Of a stretch of 64,000 nucleotides of DNA, positions 17,986 to 29,300 are shown piece by piece. Position numbers and translations under genes: made by a program. A model generated the notes under the pieces. That model was not told where the DNA came from. It worked only from the letters and a program-made list of their open reading frames with translations, and made no database searches. Origin of the DNA: Leptolyngbyaceae cyanobacterium (GTDB taxonomy: Bacteria; Cyanobacteriota; Cyanobacteriia; Phormidesmidales; Phormidesmidaceae); assembly GCA_965263355.1 (NCBI GenBank), contig CBDHHL010000049.1:184059-248058 (forward strand), written 5' to 3'. Position 1 is the stretch's first letter, and each line of letters opens with the position of its first letter.

Positions 17986-19293
17986 TCATGAGCTCACCCA
18001 ACAATTTCCCCCCTGACCCTGAGCTTGTTGCAGCCGTAGCTCACACGGTTCAAGCAGCGCTTCCTCCAACTCCACATCAGATGTAGGGTGCACAGTCACC
18101 AGGCCTATACTGAGGGTTAGCGGTGAAGTTTGAGACGAGATCGCACATTTCTGCATCTGTTTCAAAATCATCTGTGCCAGAGTCTCTCCTGCTGACAAAG
18201 TCTGCTGCGGTAAAACAATCGCAAACGTAATCACGCTATATCGACAAACTAGCCCATCCCCCGCCGCTGCCTTAATTGCCTGAGCCACCTGATAGAGGCG
18301 ATCATCCATCTTACGGGGTGTTGCCGCTGCCCCCTCAAACTGGAAATTATCAATCTGACAGAGCATTAACGTCAGAGGCGTTTGCGTTGCTAACCCTTGC
18401 TGCCAGCTTTCTAGTAAGAACTGATCAAACTGACGACGACTCGCCACCTGGGTCGCCTCATCAATCGCAGCCAGCTGCTGTAACCTCTGGAGCGCCTGCT
18501 GCAACTGTTCATTTTGCGCATCCAGTGCCTGCTGCAGTTGTCGCAACTTCAGCTGATTTTCAACCCGCGCCAGCACCTCCACTACCTTAAACGGCTTGTT
18601 AATGTAGTCGGTACCACCTACGGCAAACGCCTTGACCTTATCCCAGATTTCGTCCAACGCGCTGACAAAAATAATCGGAATATCTGTAGTCGCCGGATTA
18701 GCTTTAATGCGTTGGCAGACACCGTACCCATCCATCTCTGGCATGTGGATATCCAGTAGCACCAGGGCTGGCTTCTCTTGCGCGATCGCATCCAACGCAA
18801 ATGGGCCACTAATGGCCTGACGAACTCTATATCCATGCTCCTCCAGCAAATCTGACAAAACCCGTAAGTTTTGCGGCTCGTCATCTACCAATAGAATGCC
18901 GGCTGTCGTCGCAGCATTAACTGAGCTTGAGGGAGCGGCTGGGGTGGCTAGTCTGGAGTTCTGAAACGTGGCATCTTTAGCCGGCAGCGACGGCACAGAC
19001 AATGCTCGGTTCATCGCCTGTTCTAACAAAAACCGAATATTTGCCTTGTTAACCTTATGCCCTAAAGCCTCTGACAAAAGCTGCCAAAGCTTAGGCGCAA
19101 CATCTTGCCTGACATATTTACTTGAGTAACCAGAGGCTTTAGCTAACTGGTCATAGGTTTTGCGCTCACCCTGTAATGCCGTGAGCAAAATCTGGCGTTG
19201 TAAATCATTGCAGTAAGCACCAGCTGTCTCATAAATAAGGGTTTCAGCGAATTCTAAAATAGTGTCGGTGTTATCTATACCCATCGGATTCAT
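17986..19293 (-). CDS. HTH-receiver-degenerate GGDEF response regulator
   Basis: Same HTH (TYDQLAKASGYSSKYVRQDVAPKLW); receiver LVLLDIHMPEMDG; GGDEF site reads RYSVITF. Confidence 0.9.
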   Translation of the reverse strand: MNPMGIDNTDTILEFAETLIYETAGAYCNDLQRQILLTALQGERKTYDQLAKASGYSSKYVRQDVAPKLWQLLSEALGHKVNKANIRFLLEQAMNRALSVPSLPAKDATFQNSRLATPAAPSSSVNAATTAGILLVDDEPQNLRVLSDLLEEHGYRVRQAISGPFALDAIAQEKPALVLLDIHMPEMDGYGVCQRIKANPATTDIPIIFVSALDEIWDKVKAFAVGGTDYINKPFKVVEVLARVENQLKLRQLQQALDAQNEQLQQALQRLQQLAAIDEATQVASRRQFDQFLLESWQQGLATQTPLTLMLCQIDNFQFEGAAATPRKMDDRLYQVAQAIKAAAGDGLVCRYSVITFAIVLPQQTLSAGETLAQMILKQMQKCAISSQTSPLTLSIGLVTVHPTSDVELEEALLEPCELRLQQAQGQGGNCWVSS

Positions 19294-19445
19294 TTATGAA
19301 CACCTGATGCATCCAACTTGCTTCCCTGTGACCAGGATGCCAGAACTTGCTATGCCAGGACTGACGCAGTTGAAGGCGAATTTTACTTAATACTATAAAT
19401 AATCAGGCAACTGATACTGACAACAGGGCGAGAGCACTAATTCTG

Positions 19446-20225
19446 CTAAGGTGCTGTAGTTTCCACTATGTCGGCGATTTGGGTCAAATACTGACCATGC
19501 ATACCACCTTCTAACTCAGCTAACTGATGCAGTAAAGACCTTGCTAAATCATCAGTGTCCGGATTTTCTGCAGCAATCAGAGCTTCGCGTAAAGCGTCAT
19601 ACCAATAACCAGCATCCGCATAAATTTCCGCTCTTTCCACTGCTGTTTGAGCTGTCGCAAGGGATGAAGTCAGTAAAACAGAGGGTTCTTGGATATCTAA
19701 CTCAGAGACAAATAATTGGCTATAGGTAGGAGCGTCTGGCGTGCAGGCAATGTTCACCTCCCACAGGTAACGTTGCCCCAAATCCAGCTGAAATTCTTCC
19801 TCTGGTAACGTAAAACTGACTATTCCTGAAGCACTTTCTTCGTATTGAATTTGCTGCAGTAATTCAGGAAGTTGATTTTCATTAATCGTATAAAGAGAGA
19901 GTTTAGTGCGATAATCGCCTGTGGTTGGAACAAACCAGATGAGCGTTGGAGTAGCAGTGGTGGTTTGCCCTACATGCTGAGTTGGGGCCAACACAGTTAG
20001 CGGCACCTCATAGTTTTCGCCACAACTGTCACGGGTTCCACTGGATAAAATAGGGCCACTCGGAGGATCACCAGTAGGGGGTTGATATTGTTGAGCCCAT
20101 GCAGCAAGGGGATTCATTGCAAAGGACGTGACGAGTAGACCAGCTGCTAGTTGACAACAGTTTTTAGGAGTAAATAGTCGTCTAGCAGAGTGTCCGGGAG
20201 ATAGGCATACGGTTACATTGCGCAA
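19446..20225 (-). CDS. DUF928 domain secreted protein
   Basis: Signal peptide; SSGTRDSC, LTVLAP, GQTTTATPTLIWFVP, YADAGYWYDAL. Confidence 0.85.
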   Translation of the reverse strand: MRNVTVCLSPGHSARRLFTPKNCCQLAAGLLVTSFAMNPLAAWAQQYQPPTGDPPSGPILSSGTRDSCGENYEVPLTVLAPTQHVGQTTTATPTLIWFVPTTGDYRTKLSLYTINENQLPELLQQIQYEESASGIVSFTLPEEEFQLDLGQRYLWEVNIACTPDAPTYSQLFVSELDIQEPSVLLTSSLATAQTAVERAEIYADAGYWYDALREALIAAENPDTDDLARSLLHQLAELEGGMHGQYLTQIADIVETTAP

Positions 20226-20475
20226 AGTTAAACTCCTAACAGGTTATGATTGTTAGTCATTATCGGGTGGTCTGATAACGACTGAGAGGAGGGTTAATAT
20301 TCCTCTTCGTATTTGGTATTTCAGGTGCTTCTATATAAGTTTCAGATTAGTTGGGGAACATTCCGGCATCTGTTTTACATTCTTTAAGGTGCTTGTGGAA
20401 ACCTAGCTATGCTCTACAACGCTCAATCTTTGCTCAGGTACAGTTATAGCTACCAGTAGCTAGAGGATGTTTTGA

Positions 20476-22935
20476 TTGCACTTAACGATCTGGAGCAGAA
20501 TTTGTAGACAGGTAGCAGTTCTAAACCATATCCGATTTGGAAATTGGAGTTTTCCCTTAGGCAAAAATCAGGGATCTGGAGGTGGCCAAGGGATACCTAT
20601 TGGTCTGCTACCGGGCTTACTGTTTCTGGTACTGATTATAGGAGGACGACTAGCTGGTACATTTCAATTGCTAGAGTGGCGGGTTTTCGATGCCTTTTTA
20701 CGATCGCACCCCCCCGAAGCCAGAGACGAGCGGATCCTAATCATAGGCATCGATGAGCAATCGATTCGAGCAGCAGGGACCTATCCGATTCCCGATCAAC
20801 AGTTGGCTAGTCTGCTGCACAGTTTGCAAAGCCATCAGCCGCACGTGATCGGCCTTGATTTATTTAGAGATTTGCCAGTTGAGCCGGGCTACTCAGAATT
20901 GGCTGCAGCTATGCAGGAAATGGACAATTTGATTGGGATTGAAAGGGTTTTGCCCCCAAAGGTGGCACCACCGCCAGACCTCCCCTCAGACCAGGTCGGG
21001 TTTGTTGATCTCCTCCCCGATGGAGATGGCCGTCAGCGGCGAGTGCTTTTAGGCACTCAAACGGATCAGGGGTTCCGATTTTCCATCGGGCTATTGCTAG
21101 CAAAAACGTATTTAGCAGCAGAAGGCATCCCACTGGCCAATGGAATTCGCGATCTCGCCACGATGCGATTTGGGGAAGCCGAGTTACCACGAGTCCAGGC
21201 GAATTTTGGTGGCTACGTCGGAACCAATGCGGGCGGGGGTGATATGCAAATGCTACTGAACTTTCGTAAGGGAGCTAATGCCTTTCGGGTCATTTCATTT
21301 CAAGATGCGCTAGCTGGCAGCTTTAACCCTGAGTGGGTGCGAGATCGCATTGTGCTAATAGGGAGTACTGCCCCCAGCATCCAGGATCACTTTAATGTAG
21401 CCACCACCTCCACCATCAACCGAGAAGGCAATTTCGTCTATGGTGTGGAGATTCAGGCCCATGCAGTGAGCCAGATAGTCAATGCAGCCCTCCATCAACG
21501 CCCCCTGATTAAAAGTTGGCCTGATTGGGTGGAGTACCTGTGGATTCTAGGCTGGGGACTGCTAGGTATCGGTTTTGCCAGATATTTGCGATCGCCGCTC
21601 CAAAGCTTGTTTTGGGTATCCATCAGCATTGTTGGGTTAACGAGTATCAGCTATTTAGCTCTGCTAGTTGGGTGGTGGCTTCCCCTCGTCCCTACAGTTG
21701 CCGGGCTACTTTTGAATAGTGCGGGGCTGGCAGCTTTTTATCAATATGATCGCGTCATTCAAACCAAAATAAAGGCTCAGCAGCAAATGGTCGCTCTCCT
21801 GGAGCGGGCAAAATCGGAACTAGAGAGCACGGTGGCTGAGCGCACCGCCGAACTTCAACAGTCCAATGCCAAACTCCAACAGTCTAATGTTGAGCTAGGA
21901 CAAGCCAGAGAGGCAGCCGAGACGGCCAGTCGAGCTAAGAGTCGTTTTTTAGCTCACATGAGCCACGAGTTACGCACGCCACTCAACGCTATCCTGGGGT
22001 TCGGCCAGCTGATGGCCCAGGACCAGACTCTCTCTGAGAGCAACCAAACCCGCGTGCGTTTGATCAATCGCACCGGAGAGCATTTCTTGGGCCTGATCAA
22101 CGATATTTTGACCCTGACTAAACTGGAATCTGACAAACAAACCCTGCAGGAAACACCCTTTGAGCTGAAGGCATTGATTGACCCGACTGAAGCCCTATTT
22201 CGAGTACGTATGGAACAAAAAGGGCTGACGTTTTTAATTGAGGTTTCACCAACGATGCCCCAGAGGTTTATTGGCGATGCCCCTAAGCTGCGACAGATAC
22301 TGATTAACTTGCTTAGCAATGCCCTCAAATTTACCCATACTGGAACCATTATCCTGCGTGTGGGAGCGTCCCAACAGCCACAGGAACTCTATTTACGGTT
22401 TGAAGTAGAAGATACCGGGGAAGGGATTGGGGCGTCTGAACTGCACAAACTTTTTGAGCCCTTTGTGCAAACAGAAAGTGGTGAAAACACGAAAATGGGA
22501 ACCGGGTTAGGCCTGGCCATTAGTAAACAACTTGTACAGCTGATGGGAGGAGACATCCAGGTTTCTAGTCAAGTGGGTAAAGGAAGCGTCTTTACCTTTA
22601 CAGCCAAAGTTCAAGTAGGCTCTGCCGATTTAGACGCACAAGCAGCGTCTAAAGTCCCTCAATCATCATCCGTAAATGTGATGGCAACAACTCCCTTGAG
22701 TGCTGAGGCGATCGTAACCGAACTCACCACCATGCCTTCAGATTGGCTGCATGACTTACATCAAGCAGCGTTTAAGTTAGATGGTCGGCAGGTGATGGCG
22801 TTACTGGAAAATATGCCGTCGTCCCAGGAAATGGTGACGCAACATTTGATCACCCTGGCCGAGGGGTATCAGTATCGCAAAATTGCAGAATTAATTAAGC
22901 CGAGTTTGCCAGGTGATAGCAAACTTGCGGAGTAA
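20476..22935 (+). CDS. CHASE2-domain membrane histidine kinase
   Basis: ILIIGIDE, IGLDLFRD, GVEIQAHAVSQI, three TMs; H-box FLAHMSHELRTPLNAI, N-box LRQILINLLSNALKFT, G-box GTGLGLAI. Exact start uncertain. Confidence 0.92.
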   Translation: MHLTIWSRICRQVAVLNHIRFGNWSFPLGKNQGSGGGQGIPIGLLPGLLFLVLIIGGRLAGTFQLLEWRVFDAFLRSHPPEARDERILIIGIDEQSIRAAGTYPIPDQQLASLLHSLQSHQPHVIGLDLFRDLPVEPGYSELAAAMQEMDNLIGIERVLPPKVAPPPDLPSDQVGFVDLLPDGDGRQRRVLLGTQTDQGFRFSIGLLLAKTYLAAEGIPLANGIRDLATMRFGEAELPRVQANFGGYVGTNAGGGDMQMLLNFRKGANAFRVISFQDALAGSFNPEWVRDRIVLIGSTAPSIQDHFNVATTSTINREGNFVYGVEIQAHAVSQIVNAALHQRPLIKSWPDWVEYLWILGWGLLGIGFARYLRSPLQSLFWVSISIVGLTSISYLALLVGWWLPLVPTVAGLLLNSAGLAAFYQYDRVIQTKIKAQQQMVALLERAKSELESTVAERTAELQQSNAKLQQSNVELGQAREAAETASRAKSRFLAHMSHELRTPLNAILGFGQLMAQDQTLSESNQTRVRLINRTGEHFLGLINDILTLTKLESDKQTLQETPFELKALIDPTEALFRVRMEQKGLTFLIEVSPTMPQRFIGDAPKLRQILINLLSNALKFTHTGTIILRVGASQQPQELYLRFEVEDTGEGIGASELHKLFEPFVQTESGENTKMGTGLGLAISKQLVQLMGGDIQVSSQVGKGSVFTFTAKVQVGSADLDAQAASKVPQSSSVNVMATTPLSAEAIVTELTTMPSDWLHDLHQAAFKLDGRQVMALLENMPSSQEMVTQHLITLAEGYQYRKIAELIKPSLPGDSKLAE

Positions 22936-22978
22936 CTCTATGCATCTGTTGGTGTTGTTAGCGTAAATTTCACCGCAG

Positions 22979-23226
22979 CGTGACAAAACCTGACAAAACC
23001 TGACATTACACCCGACAAAACCTGACAATTGCTGGGTAGTTTATGCCAGCGGTTTTGGTGATAGTAGGGCTGACACAAATTTTCCTTGGCCCTTAATTCA
23101 GCTGTTCCCATCGCTTGCCCATATGTCTGTAGCGATCTCAACTTGCGCCCACCCCAACAAATCTTCATCGGATAGTGAAGGTCGGAACGACTTTAGAGAG
23201 CCCTTTAACGTTATATCCGTATCTTT
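22979..23226 (+). promoter_or_regulatory. CCTGACA-box promoter/leader, copy B (upstream of haemagglutinin-CHAT fusion)
   Basis: Five boxes at 22979, 22989, 22999, 23011, 23021, then CTGGGTAGTTTATGCC; colinear with copy A over ~220 bp. Confidence 0.8.
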
Positions 23227-23311
23227 ACGATACAAGTAATCTTGTCGGTGCCATTGAAAAAAGCTACCCTGACCTGACTTAATTTCGCCCCCTCAAAGCA
23301 GACCCACGATC

Positions 23312-26300
23312 ATGACTAACCCACATCCGATTCGGAAACAGGCGTTTTTGCTGAGGCAGAAGCCAAGGAGTTGGATAGAGATAAGCGATAGATGCCAAGC
23401 CTTGTTGCTCAGCAGATGGGCGGTCACATCCGTCCTGGCCTGGCCATTGGGCCTTTTCCTGAGCGGTGTTCTTTTTCCCACACAGCCTGGGGTAGCCCAA
23501 CTCATCCCCGATGGTTCGACAGGGACCCAAATCCAGTCGGGGGCATTGGTCGAAGGACTGCCCTCCGATCTGATTGAAGGGGGCACAATACGCGACAGCA
23601 ACCTGTTCCATAGTTTTCAGGAATTCAATATTGAGAGCGATCGCGGCGTTTACTTCAACCCCCAGAATGGCATCCTCACGATTCTGACACGGGTGACGGG
23701 GGGCAATGTCTCCAATATTGACGGCACATTGGGCGTGTTGGGGAGCGCTGATTTGTTCCTCCTTAACCCGACCGGCATTCTCTTTGGTCCCGATGCCCAA
23801 CTGGACATAAGCGGCTCGTTTGTGGGCAGTACGGCGGAGAGTATTTTCTTTGAGAATTACGAGTTTAGTGCGGCGGATACCGATACGCCGCCGCTGTTGA
23901 CGTTGAGCGTGCCTCTAGGATTACGAATGGGGGTAAATCCAGGTTCCCTTAACGTTGATCAGGCAACCTTGTCGGTTGATCAAGCCCTGACCTTGGCAGC
24001 GGGCATTTTGGATGTCAGTGGTGACCTGCAGGCCGGAGGAGACATCACACTCCGGGGGCAGGAGCGCCGTCTGGGAGAAGGCGCATTTACAACGGGAGGA
24101 TATTTTTTAACCCAAGACTTGAATGGAACCAACGTTGATTTCTTGATTCCCCATGAGAATGTGATTCGGGCGGATGGGGACGTGCAGATCAGTGACGACT
24201 ACACGGGCCCTTCGCTGTATGTGCTGGCGGGGGGACAGGTCACAGTCGGTGACGGCACAGGTAGCGTCGAGATTACTGACGCGGGGGATGTGCCGAGCAG
24301 CGTGACGGCCACGATTGCTGATGGGGTTGGGGGCACTCAAGCAGTCACAGTCAGCGCCATAGATGAACCCACGCTGGATATTCGGGCGGGAGTGGACTGG
24401 AGCCAGCTGCCTGGTGGGGCACCGGGGAATGAAAACTTGAGCGTTGCCCAGGTGGTGTTTGGCAATGGGACAGGGATCAGTGGTGTAACAAGCGCCGACA
24501 TCCAGATTGGTGAAATCACAAACGCCGGGGGCAGGGTGGCTTTGAGCAACCTCTTCTCACCGAATGAAACCTTAGCGGGCGCGATTCAAGTTGATTTCAT
24601 TGATACCAGTACCTTTATTGATGCAAGCAGCAATCCCCAAACCGGACTCGTGATCGGAACGGATGGCGGTGATATTCTGATATTGGGGCGCGGGGATGTT
24701 GTCACCGCAGAGCTGACATCAGAATCGAACACAATTTTGGCAGATGAGGATGGGAATGACAGCGACAGGGATGTCATCGGCGGCAATGGCGGAGAGATTG
24801 CGATTACAACCCTCTCTGGAGACATCACTGCATCCTCTCTAGTCGCCATATCGTCAACAATCAATGATTCGGGTAGGTCAACGGCAGGAGACAGTGGCGA
24901 TATTACGCTTTCATCCATCACTGGAGATATTACGGTTACCGATACGCTAAACTCATCATCTTACTTACAGACTGCTGCAGGGGATGTAACAGGTGGGACC
25001 GGAGGAGATGTTACGTTCGCGACTGGTACTGGCGATATCACCATAGCATTTTTAGCAACAGCAGCGATCGCCAACACAGGGGTTGGAGACGCTGTCGGGG
25101 GGCAATCAGGAAATCTTTCCCTCAGAACAACGTCCGGCGATATCACCATGAGTTCGCCGAACGTCGATACTGAACCTCGGGTATCTGCATCTGCGGTCAC
25201 ACAGTCTATTGAGGGGGATGTAACAGGGGGAACTGGAGGAGATATTGAGATCTCGTCCAGTACTGGGGATATCACCACCACATTTTTAGAGTCAGTAGCA
25301 TTCACTCAAACAGAAGCTGGAGACGCTGTCGGAGGGCAAGGAGGAAATCTTTCCTTCAGTACAATGACTGGCGATATCACAATGAATGCGACGTTTACTC
25401 ATAATCTTTTGGCCTCATATTCGAACACAATAACTAATTTGGGAAATGTCCAGGGAGGTGATGGTGGCAGGATCTCGGTCACAACTGTCAGCGGTAATTT
25501 TAGAACTGTGGAAGTTTCTCCATTTAGTGAGCCGTTAGTGTTAAGGGCTTCTTCTTTTGCAATCCTAGGGGATGATGGTACGACCGAGGAGATAATCGGC
25601 GGCAATGGTGGCGATATCCTAGTCTCCACTGTCTCTGGTGATGTCGACACCGCATTTTTGGCTTCATACTCGTTCTCATATGCCTCTTCGGAACTATTTA
25701 GTGGCAATATCACTGGGGGCAATGCTGGCGATATTGCCATCTCCACTGTTTCTGGTGATGTTACGGCTGAGAGTATTGACGCCATTTCTCTGTCGGGTCC
25801 ATCCAACGGCGATGTCAGGGGAGGCGATGGCGGCAAGATCACTGTCTCAACAGCCACTGGCGATATCGCACTCCGTCAAAGTGACCTAGATTCATTTGCC
25901 TTTGCGCCCACTGGCCTAGCGGGGAATGGGGGCGACATTAGGATTACAACCGAGCAAGGCAACTTAATAGGAATAGGAGCAGACATAGGAATAAGAGACA
26001 ATTTTCCATCCCTGAGAACATTTGCCGTTTCCCAGAGCAGTTCTGGCAGCGGTAGCGGTGGCAACGTTACCTTGGCCGCTCAAAATCAGATTACCAACTT
26101 AAATATTTTCACACCTGCCTCTGAGGCAGAGGCTGGAGCGGTTGAAATTAATGGATCTGGCGATCTTGTCTTGGACAATGTCAACACTGTTACCAGTGGA
26201 GTTATCGAGCTTGATGTCCCATTCGAAGACGTCGTTAGCTTTGAGGAAGGCAGTATTGGCCAATCGGGAGATGTCACCATTACTGGAGCCAACGACCTCA

Positions 26301-29300
26301 CCTTTATGAATAGCCGTATTGAAAGTACAACCCAAGGGGCTAACCCGGCAGGGGATGTCCAGATTAGCAGCCCAGGGTTGATTACTTTTCAGGGCAACAG
26401 TCAAATTTCCAGTAATACCAACAGTCGGGGAAATGCTGGTGCAATTCAGCTAGAGTCGGACACAGGGATTGTGCTCACTGGCTCCGAGGTTTCACTGGCA
26501 GCCATCAGCAATGGCGACGGCAGTGCGGGAAATATTGCCCTCAATGCCCCGAACATTGCGGTGGAACAGGGGGCCGAAATTTCTACTATTACCACTGCAG
26601 ACGGCAGTGCTGGAGACATTCGGCTCGAAACCGAGACCCTAACAATTACCAACGGCAGCGAAATTTTGGCGTCGTCATCGGGCTCTGGTGATGGCGGAGA
26701 GATTGTCGTCGAGGCTTCTACAGCAGTGAACTTGGGGGAAGGGGTGCAGGATTTTGCCCCGATTATTTCTGTGGAAACCAGTGGGGCAGGAAGAGCCGGA
26801 GATATCACCATCAATACGCCCATCTTCACCCTCTCAGAAACGGCGCGAATTACCGCCACAGCCACTGAAACAGCTACCAATACAGAGGCTGGAGGGAGCA
26901 TTACCCTCAATGCCTCGGAGATGGATTTAGCCGGTGTGGTGGGTATCTTTGCCGAAACCGAGGGGCTTGCCCCAGCGGGTATTTTGACCCTTCAACCGTT
27001 TGATGCCAACTTTGATCAGGGTACGCCTCAATTTGACCCCGAATTGAACGTCACCCTAGCGCCAGGGGCGGAAATTTCAGCGTCTACCTCTGGTATAGGC
27101 CAAGGCGGTGGTTTGCAAATTTTTGCGCCGGAAGCCATTACAATTGTTGGCCCAGGCCGTCTTGCCGTTGAAACCCGAGGGGCTGGGGATGGTGGCGATA
27201 TTGAGATTCGCACGCAGCAGCTAACCCTGACCGACGGGGTTGAAATCTCGGCCTCATCCGTCCCGCAGGCTGTTCCTATCATTGAAACGACGACAGTAGA
27301 AACTGTGGAGCTGGTGGATGCGTCCCCTGATATCCTGGAGGCAGGCGATGCAGGGCAAACCCTGGACACAGTCCAAGTTGTGAGTGACCAGCCAGGGACT
27401 CCCCTAGAGAGCATTTCAGGCTCGCTATCGGAGGATGGAGATGTTGACCTATACCAAATTTATCTCTCTGGGGATGGCACATTCTCAGCCAGTACCGTTG
27501 ATTTGACACGGCTAGACACCCAGCTATTTTTATTTAGCGCCCCTGACGGCTTAGGCATCTATAGGAATGATGACGATGCCAATTGTGGTGGATGCTTTCA
27601 GTCCACATTGCCAGCACAAAACCTCTTAACGCCTACGGAGGCCGGCATTTATTATCTCGCCGTGAGTGAATTTGCCAATAACCCTCTAGCCGAGTCCGGA
27701 GAGGAGATTTTTCCTAATAGTTTTGATGATATTGAGGTCGACGCCATCAAAGCCCCGACAGGACCAGGGGGAGCATTGCCCCTGGAAGACTGGACAGGTG
27801 GCGTTTTTGACACCGGTGACTATGTCATCAGTCTGACTGGTGTGGAGTCTGGCCCCATTGAAATTACGACTATCACTGAGATAGAGGAGATTATAGGGTT
27901 TCTTGAGCCAGACCTTGAGCTAGGCGATGCGGGCGATATCAATATCTTTGCAGACAGCGTTGACCTCACAAACGGGGCAACGCTGCAAACCAACACCGCA
28001 GGCATGGGAGATGCTGGAACCATCGCCCTGACCATTGAGAACACCTTAAATTTAGAACGGGGAGAAATTGCCGCCAATACCAGCGCCACCGCTAGTGGTC
28101 GGGGGGGGGATATTGAAATCGACACTGGGATGGCGCAACTGAGTGACAGTCGTCTGACCGTGAATAGCCAGGGTCAGGGCATCGGAGGAGACATCCTAGT
28201 GGTAGCAGACTCGCTCTTTCTAAAGCAAGGCTCAGTAATCGATGCGGCAACCGCCAGTAGTGACGGAGGCAACATTGATCTCAATCTGGAGGAGGTCCTG
28301 CTGTTGTCGGGCCAGAGTGAGATTACGGCCACAGCCGGTCTGGCGGAGGGAGCAGGCAATGGCGGTGATATTAATATCCAATCGGAGTTTGTCATTGCTG
28401 CCCTGGATGGCCCTAACCGCATTGTTGCCAATGCCTTTGAGGGCAACGGGGGTAACATTACTATTGCGACCACCTCCCTGTTTGGCGAAGAATTTTTGGA
28501 AATTTCAGCCTCTTCGCGCTTTGGCTTACAGGGTACAGTCACCCTTGATTCTCCTGACATTGACCCGGCTCGGTCTCTGACTGAGCTGCCAACAACTCTG
28601 GTGGATGCCAGCAACCTGATTGCCGATGCCTGTCTCGTGGATGGTAGCCATGGGCGATCTCAATTTGTCGCCACCGGACGCGGGGGCTTGCCTACCCAGC
28701 CCACCAGCTACCCTACCGGGACATTCCTCTTGCCAGATTTAGGGCCATTGACAACAACCCCACCCAATGCCCCGACAACAATGTTGCAAGAGGCCCAGTC
28801 CTGGAGCGTCGCCGCCAACGGTGACATTGTGTTGGCCGCCAATCCAGTCAATCCCCTCGATAGGGTGTTATGGGACGCCCGTCAGGCGTATCAGCAAGCA
28901 GACTATGCCACCGCCGTTACCCTTTGGCGTGAGGCCGTCGAGACGTTGGCACCTAGCAATGACCCCTTAGCCTATGCGTCGACCCTGAGCAATTTGGCCC
29001 TGGCCCATCATCATTTGGGGGAATGGGAACAGGCACAGAGCCAGATCGCCACTATCCAACATGTGCTCACCCCCGAACTGGCCACTACAACTCCCTGGCT
29101 CGTAGCTCAGACACTCAATACCCAGGCCAGTTTGCAATTCGCCCAAGGTCATGCTCAAGCTGCTCTGGATACCTGGCAGCAAGCAGTGGAAGCCTATGCC
29201 TTGGCGGGGAATGCCGGAGGCGAACTTCGGGTCAGGCTGAATCAGACCCAGGCCTTGCAATCGCTGGGGTTCTATCCCCGTGCTGAGGCTCAGCTAGAAG

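Noticed and set aside
22979..23027. CCTGACA arrays as CRISPR repeats or plasmid iterons
   Set aside because: Units are 7 bp at 10-12 bp spacing, all four arrays point toward gene starts, and no rep or cas gene is nearby.
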